Positions 54,941 through 64,000 of a stretch of 64,000 bases of DNA are shown piece after piece. The DNA comes from Flectonema sp. DT1601 (lineage: Eukaryota): assembly GCA_964019425.1 (NCBI GenBank), contig OZ025782.1, forward strand, positions 496,001 through 560,000, given 5' to 3'. The translations under genes and the position numbers were made by a program. The notes under the pieces are model-generated. The model saw only the letters and a program-made list of their open reading frames with translations, ran no database searches and was not told the DNA's origin. Position 1 is the stretch's first letter. The number at the start of each line of letters is the position of its first letter.

Positions 54941-57900
54941 TAGGGGGGGGTACAAGCATCGATTTTACGGAGATTTTGGGCACTTTCGGTTTTTTTCCGG
55001 AGAACAAGTTTTTTGGGCACCCAAATTATGAAAACTGCAACATATACCCCAAAAATGGGGATTGCGATCCAAAGAAACAGTTCTTCGGCACTTTAGAGCA
55101 AGTCTTTGAAAAATCTCAAAAAGTGTGGACCGTGTGGTACCTGAGGGGGTGAAAACAAGGGGTGTGTTAGGAGGGCTCACAAAAATTACAAGTAATTCCG
55201 TGCATTGGGCAATCCATAACCAGGGTTTCCCTCTGAGTTGAGTGGGGAATGAAATGGGAACCCAATTTTTATTTTTATCGGCCTGATTTGAACCTTAATA
55301 ATATGCTCCACCAGACCGGGCTTGTTAATTCCCCCATCTTCGATGCTTAGGCTACTGGCCTTCTCTTGAACATCCCATGTGCTCAGCTTTCGAAATTTGG
55401 CCCGAAGCTGTGCTTCTTTCTGTACAAGATAGACAGAGGACCAATTCTTGGATGCAGATGGCAGATTTGCATTAGACCTTGCTGTCTAGAGGTCTTCCCC
55501 GTGAGGACGGGGTGGTACGTTCAGCCCCTGTAGCGCCTCCTGTTGTGCTTGTTCTTGCCAATCTGAAGAGGGTCGGTGGTCCTGCGTTGATGTGGTAGCC
55601 TTTTGGAAGCCCATGTGCCTCTGGAATATGTTGTACATTATCAGTAGGGCAGCATTCACGCCACCGGTTCTGTCAGTTGACCAAGAACTATCAACAACAC
55701 TGAATAACCTCCCCATCCCTTGAGGGGTGTGGGATGACAACGAACACAACGGTTGTTAGCTTCATCCCACGAGCACGACGGGCACTAGAGGAAGTATCAT
55801 GCTGCAGCGATGTGACGGAGGGTGAGGAGGAAGCTGCTGCTTCAAGAAGTCAGGTCACCGACAGATCACCTGTGAATCCATTAACAAGTCGGACTGTCCT
55901 TCGAGATATAATTGGTGACTTCGACCCGCTTCCCTTCTGTCTGCGCACCTGCGACAGCTTCAACTATGTCACTCACTCAGGACTTAGTTGGATGTCTCTG
56001 CGCCGATCCCTTCTTGCCGCAATATCTGCAGTGTTGTTACGACTCCAAGACTCCAGGAGTATATCCCCCTCGTTTGGGTACAGTTGCAAGCGGATGTGTC
56101 TCCGTACTTCTTCGTATGCTGCATGTACTGGAGTGTCCTGCGTTGATGTGGTAGCCTTTGGAAGTCCGTGTGCCTCTGGAATATGTTGTACGTTATCAGT
56201 AGGGCAGCCCTCACTCCAATGGTTCCGTTAGTTGACTAAGAACTATCAACAACAACACACTGAATAACCTCCCCATTCCTTGAGGGGTGCGGGATGACAA
56301 CGAACGCCACGGTTGTTGGCTTCAGCCCGAGCATGACGGGCACTAGAGGAAGTATCATGTTGCAGCGATGTGACGGAGGGTGAGGAGGAAGCTGCTGCTT
56401 CAAGAAGTCAGGTCACTGACAGATCACCTGTGAATCCATCAACATGTCGGACTGTCCTTCGAGATATAGTCGGGGACTTCGACCCGCTTCCCTTCTGTCT
56501 GTGCACCGGCGACGTCAACTGTGTCACTCACTCAGGGCTTTGTTGGATCTCTCTGCGCCGATCCCTTGTTGCCGCAATATCTGCAGTGTAGTTACGACTC
56601 CAAGACTCTAGGAGTAAATCCCCCTCACTTGGGTACAGTTGCAAGCGGATGTCTCTTCCGTACTTCTTCGAATGCTGCATGCACTAGAGTGTCTTGTATG
56701 CCCTGCTGGAGTATGGTTGGGTCTTCTGAAGTGATGCCTTGAATGGCTTTTTGGATGGGGCATGTTGCCCTATGTCGCTGCTGCTTATCTATGGCACTAC
56801 TATTTGAGGCACCACCACTACAGCTGTCTTCAGGCTTATCCCTGTTTGGGGTACAGACGTGGCGCTTTCTCTATTCTCTGAGCCTTCTGTGATCGCGATT
56901 CAGATACTGGACGTTTCTGGACCCCTTTCTCACGCGTATCTTACTTCCGACTGTCCAAGTGCTGTTGAGTGACTTCAGGGATGCCTCAGGAGGTGTTTTT
57001 CATGCACTCTGGGATCAATGCTCTCCTCCGCAGAATGACTTTGTGAGCTGCCCTGCAGAACATCGTTTTCAGCTGCGTTATCCTGCCCGTGAGCCTCGTG
57101 ACCTCAAGCATGGCCGGGCGAGAGCGATGCTCTCTTTCGTGGCGTGTTCTTGAGGTGGAAACTGATACGGAAATGGTATATTAGCAAACTGCGCATACGG
57201 GGGCACACCAAGACTCACCTCTTCTCATTGTAAAAAAAAATTATTTGAAGGTGCATTTCACAGGCCTCAAAATTGGACCCCCAGGTACCACACGGTCCAC
57301 ACTTTTTGAGATTTTTCATTCCTTTGCCGAAATCAGCCAAATCGAGGTTTTTTCGGCCCCGAAATCACATTTTTGGGGGTTCTGATGGGGTCCTGGGTAA
57401 TTTTTGCCCCCGGGAAGGTTATATTTACCAAAATTCGGAAAAAGTACTTTATCGACAGCTTGTACCCCCCCCTACCCCCCCCCCCCCCCCCCCCCTAGGG
57501 GGGGGTACAAGCATCGATTTTACGGAGATTTTGGGCACTTTCGGTTTTTTTCCGGAGAACAAGTTTTTTGGGCACCCAAATTATGAAAACTGCAACATAT
57601 ACCCCAAAAATGGGGATTGCGATCCAAAGAAACAGTTCTTCGGCACTTTAGAGCAAGTCTTTGAAAAATCTCAAAAAGTGTGGACCGTGTGGTACCTGAG
57701 GGGGATGAAAACAAGGGGTGTGTTAGGAGGGCTCGCAAAAATTATAAGTAATTCCGTGCATTGAGCAATCCATAACCAGGGTTTCCCTCTGAGTTGAGTG
57801 GGGGATGAAAAGGGAACTCAATTTTTATTTTTATCGACCTGATTTGAACCTTAATTATATGCTACACGAGACCCGGCGTGTTAATTCCCCCTTGTCCGAT

Positions 57901-58642
57901 GTTTAGGCTACTGGCCTTCTCTTGAACATCCCATGTGCTCAGGTTTCGAAATTCGGCCCGAAGCTGTGCTTCTTTCTGTACAAGATAGACAGAGGACCAA
58001 TCCTTGGATGCGGATGGCAGATTAGCATTAGGCCTTGCTGTCTAGAGGTCTTCCCCGTGAGGACGGAGTGGTACGTTCAGCCCCTGTGGCGCCTCCTGTT
58101 ATGCTTGTTCTTGCCAATCTGAAGAGGGTCGGTGGTCCTGCGTTGATGTGGTAGCCTTTGGAAGCCCGTATGCCTCTGGAATATGTTGTACGTTATCAGT
58201 AGGGCAGCATTCACGCCACTGGTTCCATCAGTTGACTAAGAACTATCAACAACACTGAATAACCTCCCCATCCCTTGAGGGGTGCAGGATGACAACGAAC
58301 ACAACGGTTGTTAGCTTCATCCCACGAGCACGACGGGCACTAGAGGAAGTATCATGCTGCAGCGATGTGACGGAGGGTGAGGAGGAAGCTGCTGCTTCAA
58401 GAAGTCAGGTCACCGACAGATCACCTGTGAATCCATCAACAAGTCGGACTGTCCTTCAAGATATAGTTGGTGACTTCGACCCGCTTCCCTTCTGTCTGCG
58501 CACCTACGATAGCTTCAACTATGTCCCTCACTCAGGACTTAGTTGGATCTCTCTGCGCCGATCCCTTCTTGCCGCAATATCTGCAGTGTTGTTACGACTC
58601 CAAGACTCCAGGAGTATATCCCCCTCGTTCGGGTACAGTTGC
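54941..58642. repeat. Diverged tandem duplication (about 54941-56085 vs 57496-58642) with an internal 550-bp repeat (about 55581-56136 vs 56137-56690); degraded coding-like content, family not recognised
   Basis: Parallel ORFs 55734/58289 and 54965/57520; repeated tcctgcgttgatgtggtagcc. Confidence 0.8.
57282..57698. mobile_element. 417-bp foldback/MITE-like unit with 37-bp perfect inverted repeats
   Basis: 57282-57318 is the reverse complement of 57662-57698; central palindrome around poly(C). Confidence 0.6.
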
Positions 58643-59043
58643 CAGACAAAGTTGCTAGACAAAAAGACTGTGATTATGATGTTTGTTTAAGTTGTTTGGG
58701 ATTATTCGTTTGCACTGCGTGTGGTGCCACGGAATCTCAGGCCGGAAGACAATTTAATTTACGAGGCTTAAGATCACACCAAACTCACTGCACAGTCTTT
58801 CGAGAGCAAAGCAAACGTAGTTAATTATCACTCGCAGCAAAGTATTGCGAGATGTGCTCCACTGGTAGTGTGCTACGAACCGGAAATAATTTATATTTTA
58901 TTTTTATTCTTTATTTCCTTTATTATTTTTGCAAAATAGTTTTCCTTTTTTTTAATTTTCCTTTAATATTTATTTACCTTTGAAGTGTGAAGGAATACTA
59001 TTTAAGCTGTAACGGGCTACAGGACATGGGGCGCTCAACCTGT

Positions 59044-59435
59044 AGTACGTGGCCCCCGAATCCCCATATTCGACAGCACATATGGGATTTTTTATCGATA
59101 CCAACTGTTGATTTCTTATATTGCAACCAGGTTTGGCCGAACCCTATTCTAGTTTTTGCCAGTTTCAAGTTGCTTTCCATTTAATATTAGTATCAAGTTA
59201 CCCCCCAAGAAGTACAATAATACCTAAAGTTGTTACTGTTTTTACATTGTCAAAGTTTCACTCCCAAGAAGTACGTGGCCCCCGAATCCCCATATTCGAC
59301 AGCACATATAGGATTTTATCGATACCAACTGTTGGTCTCTTTTCATTGCGACCAGGTTTGGCCGAACCCTATATTCGTTTTAGCCAGTGTCAAGTTGCTT
59401 TATATTTAATCACAGTATCAAGTTACCCCCAAGAA
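59044..59435 (+). repeat. About 165-bp imperfect direct repeat x2
   Basis: agtacgtggcccccgaatccccatattcgacagcacatat...ccccaagaa at 59044 and 59270. Confidence 0.85.
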
Positions 59436-59797
59436 ACGAAAAAAAAAATCAAAAAAGTACAGGAACATACCAAAATTAAAAAAAGCGGAAGGTGGTAAAA
59501 GAAGCTGAATAGCTTAGCTTTAGCTTTTTAAACAAGTATGTATTAGCTCAATGCGGTTTCTGGAGCTCTGGATGAAATAAATAAAAAATGGAGCAAACAT
59601 TTTCAGTTTTTGACCTATGAAACCCAGTAATGGAAATTATCACTTTACCTTGGTGCCAGAAATATTGCGTCAACCTTTCTAGAGATGCGTCGACTATTTG
59701 CCAACTACATTCTACGATTACCAATTTGTTAGTTTTTATGTATCGGAAATCCGTTGTCCTTAATCATACTTGACTACAGACCAAAAAGGGAAACAAA

Positions 59798-61027
59798 ATG
59801 TTGTCCAGGTTCAGCCAGCGTCGCTTCATGGGAAAGGGAAGAGATATAGTCAAAAACATAATCGCGGGGCAGATAGAGGAAATCAAGGCGGCCGGTACTT
59901 TTAAGAATGAAAGAGTAATCACGTCTCCACAGGCTGGAGGGGTGACAACGACTGAAACAACGGGAACGGTACTGAACTTTTGTTCGAATAACTACTTGGG
60001 GTTGTGCAACAACGATGATATTAAGAAAACTACGGCGGCTTCAGTCATGGAAAGAGGATTTGGGCTCTCCAGTGTTCGATTTATCTGCGGTACGACTGAC
60101 ATGCACAAGGAGCTCGAGCACAAAATCTCAGAGTTTCTTGGAACTGAAGATACCATCCTCTACCCTTCTTGCTTTGATGCCAATGCTGGAATCTTTGAGT
60201 GCATTCTGACTAGCGAAGACGCAATCATTAGTGATTCCCTCAACCATGCATCCATTATCGACGGCATTAGATTGTGCAAGGCCGAGCGTCATCGTTATGC
60301 CCATCTTGACATGAATGCGTTAGAGGAATGCCTTAAGAAGTCCCAGGATAAGAGAATCCGTCTTATTGCGACCGATGGAGTGTTTTCAATGGATGGTGAT
60401 GTTGCTCCTCTCGATAAGATTGTGGAACTCGCTGAGAAATACGACGCAATCATCTTTGTCGATGATTGCCACGCAACTGGTAATTTTGGTCCTGGTGGAA
60501 AGGGAACTCCTGCGTACTTTGGAGTTCAAGATAAAATTGACGTTGTAAACAGTACCTTGGGAAAAGCCATGGGTGGTGCTTCGGGAGGGTTTTCAACTGG
60601 TGTCAGCGAGATAGTGGCATTACAGCGCCAGCGTTCTAGGCCGTACCTGTTCTCTAATGCTATTGCTCCGATGGTAGTAAAGGGATCGTTGCGCGCATTT
60701 GAAATTGTTCAAGAAGATACTACTTCGTTGGACAAGCTTCATCAAAATACAAAATTATTTAGATCTGAGATGAAAGCGGCAGGGTTCACAATTTCCGGAA
60801 ATGACGAGTGTGCCATTGCCCCAGTAATGATTGGAGACGCTGCATTGGCCAGTAGCATTGCTGAGCGCATGTTGGAACTCGGTATTTACGTTGTTGGATT
60901 TTCGTACCCTGTTGTTCCAAAGGGTGAAGCTCGTATTAGAGTCCAGCTTTCTGCTGCTCATTCAACTGATGATGTTGAGACTCTCATTAATGCATTTATT
61001 GTTGCCAAGAAGGATCTTGCATTCTAA
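59798..61027 (+). CDS. kbl: 2-amino-3-ketobutyrate CoA ligase (glycine C-acetyltransferase), probably mitochondrial
   Basis: NFCSNNYLGL, SVRFICGT, LNHASIIDGIRLCKA, DDCHATG, PLP lysine STLGKAMGG, RQRSRPYLFSN; short R-rich presequence. Confidence 0.96.
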   Translation: MLSRFSQRRFMGKGRDIVKNIIAGQIEEIKAAGTFKNERVITSPQAGGVTTTETTGTVLNFCSNNYLGLCNNDDIKKTTAASVMERGFGLSSVRFICGTTDMHKELEHKISEFLGTEDTILYPSCFDANAGIFECILTSEDAIISDSLNHASIIDGIRLCKAERHRYAHLDMNALEECLKKSQDKRIRLIATDGVFSMDGDVAPLDKIVELAEKYDAIIFVDDCHATGNFGPGGKGTPAYFGVQDKIDVVNSTLGKAMGGASGGFSTGVSEIVALQRQRSRPYLFSNAIAPMVVKGSLRAFEIVQEDTTSLDKLHQNTKLFRSEMKAAGFTISGNDECAIAPVMIGDAALASSIAERMLELGIYVVGFSYPVVPKGEARIRVQLSAAHSTDDVETLINAFIVAKKDLAF

Positions 61028-61596
61028 TCGTCGCTGTGATTTTAGTGTTTTATCACAGCCGTTTTTACCAGAAAGTAAGATCGGCAACGTTGTTGAAGTG
61101 GTCAGATTGAACAACACAGCGTTCCTATGTGTCTGTAGGCGTTGATGTTGAACTCGTTATAAGGCTCTTGCAATGATGAAAGAAAGAAAAAAGAGAACAG
61201 AATAGTGACACACCACGCACGAATTATATAATTAAGAGGCCTTGTTTCCAAAAAAACGTACGTCAACCCCTTTCTCCATGCAGCTTCACCCTTAGTCTAA
61301 TTTACTGCCTCAGGGCATTAATTTATTTTGAGGCGTCAATGAAAGAAAGAAATAAAAAAAAAAAAGGGAGGAAGGGGAAAGATAAAAAAAAAAAAAAAAA
61401 AGAAAGGCTTGTGGTGCCACCCAAAACGTTTCCTAAATGGTTAGTGCATGCATTTATTATTGAAAGTTGTGTTGGAATCTTAATGTTACATTTTTCTGTA
61501 GGTTCATTGAAAATGTTTTTAATTGATGTCAACTTATCATCAGTATGTAATGTTTTGTTTTAAAAACAGGAGTATCAAACTAACACAACTAACACC

Positions 61597-62344
61597 ATGA
61601 TATTCGAGGCAGTACTGTACGGACTGACCAGCTGTCTTATGATGGGATGCGGACCAGCTTATATTGTCCAGTGGTTGATCCCATTCTTGAGTAGCAGTGA
61701 AGGAATTGATTTAAAGCATCCAGCTATACTGTTCTATGGTCTTGGTGCAGTGCTTGGTGATATCCCGGTGTATATTATTTCAAAAGAGCTTTTTAGAAGT
61801 ACCCGAGTTAAGTTAGACAGAAAACGATGTGATAATTCATTTCTCACTACCATGCATGCTCACTTGTCGAATCACCGAAGTGGAGCGGGGTTCTTTTTTA
61901 TAATTGCGCTGTGTTTGTTTAATCCTCTACCGATCGATTTCGTTGCGATCTTATGTGCTGCTTGCGGTACTTCTCTGGCTGACTTTCTGTGTGCATCGAT
62001 TGTAGGCAAAGGGTTATTGAGAACTCAGTTAGTCATTTACTTATTCTCTGATTGCAGCGCGCTAACAACCGTTACGCCAATGGAAGAGAACTCAAAGGTA
62101 TGTCTTGTTTTACTTAATCGTTTCATAATAATAATAATAATAATAATAAAAAACAAACAAACAAACTGAAACAGTTATTATTCAGCGTGTGTTTGTCAAT
62201 TCTCGTCTCAGGAGCTGCGTGGTGGAGAAAGAAACTGGATACGGTATGCATTATCTTGAGTATTATTTTTTACGGAATATCGACGGTTTTTGTTCTTCTT
62301 AAAAAATCCAAAATAATCAGATTGAAATAGACACTGACGAGTGA
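61597..62344 (+). CDS. VMP1/VTT-domain membrane protein, exons 61597-62097, 62175-62243, 62321-62344 (197 aa)
   Basis: GAVLGDIPVY and NPLPIDFVAILC..IVGK resemble VMP1 motifs; two GT-AG introns keep the frame and add a TM helix. Confidence 0.7.
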
Positions 62345-62695
62345 CAACCTACTTCGGTTGATACAGTCTGGCCTACAGCAAATCTTTAGGACACATGTAT
62401 GTTAAAAAATATGTTGTAATAAAGTAAAAGAAACAATAAAAGGGATCCTTCCCAGGTCATTTTTCAACTTCTGTGGTACAACCGCCGAAGCAAATGACTA
62501 CAAATTGGTAGTTTTCTTTATAGCTCTTACGTACAGTTTTGAAATGCTTCTGCATTGCGGCTTGCTGCGGTGAGGAGAAACCTTTGATTAGGCTCTTCGC
62601 AGTATTTCCCTCACTCTTCCCACCATCCAATCTTGCCCAGTAGCTGTAACTGATGTCTGTCGTGTTTAAATGGAAAGAAAATCTGTAGGAAGGGG

Positions 62696-62730
<35 letters not shown>

Positions 62731-63012
62731 GTTTCCTGGCTAATCTGTTTAGCAGTTGATTGCACGTATCACTGTAGAATAAAAACAGCTCTTGGTCATG
62801 TTAGCCAGGTCTTTGTGAAGTATAAATCTGTTTCCCTGAAAAGTATTATACGAAAAATGCTTTGCATACTCTTCTTTGCCATTCTAGTACTCAATTCAAC
62901 AGCTAAGAATATGCCTGAAGAACATCTCTTTGTATGCAATCAACCATTATAACTTCGTAAGAGCCTCCGTGAAAAGGCTACTTCATTTTTTTTGCCAAGT
63001 TTATCGGGGAAT

Positions 63013-63558
63013 ATGAGCTCCAAGAAGGCTGCTCGCATTGCGGCTGTCAAAGACCCATGGGTAGTATTAAATATAAAAAAAGGATCTGACCCGAAAGCCT
63101 TGAAGACAGCATTTCAAAAGGCTGCAATGCGGCATCATCCTGATGCTGGAGGATGCACTACAGAATTTATGGAAGTTCAAAAAGCTTACAAAACTGTACA
63201 GCAATTGGAACACATAGCAAGGCGCTCTACTTCTGGTGATGTATCTGACAGCTCGAGTGCTAGAGCGGGTAAGATTGCCTCTCTGAAATACAAGAGCCCT
63301 CGTAAAGCAAGAAACTCTAAAGCCTGGTCATACTTCGACTCATGGAAATATAACGAAGATGGTAAAGTAAGCCCCACGGGAGAGAACATTCGCAAGAATG
63401 CCATGTTTCGTAATTATTATACAGCTGCGGATGATGTTAAAGTTGAAAACGTGCACGCGCATCGATACATTATTATCGGATCCGTCATTGTCATATATGT
63501 TGTTATGAATTTATTAAAGGATGTAGAAGTACCCAGGAGATCTAAGTCTCTGGTATGA
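63013..63558 (+). CDS. DnaJ-domain protein with C-terminal TM segment
   Basis: DPWVVLNI..AFQKAAMRHHPD..FMEVQKAY; hydrophobic YIIIGSVIVIYVV. Confidence 0.85.
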   Translation: MSSKKAARIAAVKDPWVVLNIKKGSDPKALKTAFQKAAMRHHPDAGGCTTEFMEVQKAYKTVQQLEHIARRSTSGDVSDSSSARAGKIASLKYKSPRKARNSKAWSYFDSWKYNEDGKVSPTGENIRKNAMFRNYYTAADDVKVENVHAHRYIIIGSVIVIYVVMNLLKDVEVPRRSKSLV

Positions 63559-63807
63559 GGATAGGCGGAAGTTTGGTTTTGGTTTGTCAAAGTCTGGTGA
63601 CGCACGCGATAGTGATTGGGAAATTCGTTTGTTTTACCTACACAGGCATCGTACGATATGTGAGTTCTTGATGATGACTGCGTTAACAAGTATTTTAGAA
63701 AATTTCATCTTCGAGACACTCTCGTCACCTGCGGCGAGTTTAAAAGTTTTCAAATGGACGGTATTCGTTACGTCATATTTTTATTAGCAAATTCCATTAT
63801 CAGCACA

Positions 63808-64000
63808 ATGCGCGTGCTACTGCGAGGCAGTGCTCTCACTAAACAGCGTGGGAGAGCGTGGATAATGAATAAACTGGACTGGACTGAAGACTGGGACTTA
63901 GACGTATCGGATTCCACTACACCACTGACTTCAGAAGTACTTGAGAAGATCAGAGCTGTTCCAATCGAAACAGCTCATGTACAACAACAGATGAAATCTT
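63808..64000 (+). CDS. Partial ORF running off the window, unknown function
   Basis: ATG after a T-rich tract with AG; open for 64 codons to the window end. Confidence 0.5.
   Translation, partial: MRVLLRGSALTKQRGRAWIMNKLDWTEDWDLDVSDSTTPLTSEVLEKIRAVPIETAHVQQQMKS

Noticed and set aside
58643..58824. C2HC-finger-like peptide CTAC..H..HC
   Set aside because: Fragment fused to a repeat, no start or context; probably a transposon remnant
62457..62765. Minus-strand 102-aa ORF with a polypyrimidine-AG acceptor
   Set aside because: No ATG-led upstream exon in frame and no recognisable domain; cannot support or fully exclude

Overview
Eukaryotic nuclear DNA, most likely a diplonemid (Euglenozoa), judged from a near-complete diplonemid-type spliced leader at 597-634. 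About 59 kb is a nested retroelement and repeat island. It holds: (i) a tandem array (about 6.75-kb unit) of a VIPER/TATE-like tyrosine-recombinase retrotransposon (gag-YR-RT/RH, split direct repeats carrying a tRNA-like Pol III unit); (ii) a full-length APE-RT-RNaseH LINE starting with the spliced leader, plus a truncated second LINE; (iii) a HERO/R2-like RLE retrotransposon with an unusual C-terminal extension of about 560 aa, and a truncated inverted copy; (iv) three non-coding families (my labels NA-1, NA-2, NA-3) that differ in sequence but end in the same covarying stem-loop. NA-1 and NA-2 share segments with the HERO 3' UTR, and NA-2 carries a palindrome/pseudoknot satellite in head-to-tail arrays; (v) G/C-run foldback repeats and LSU rDNA fragments. 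The last 4.3 kb holds co-oriented host genes (kbl/GCAT, VMP1-like, DnaJ-domain, one partial ORF). The best candidate for an undescribed system is the RLE-associated set of non-coding retroposons with a shared 3' RNA structure that appears to spread a satellite. All assignments are by eye and from recalled motifs; no searches were run.
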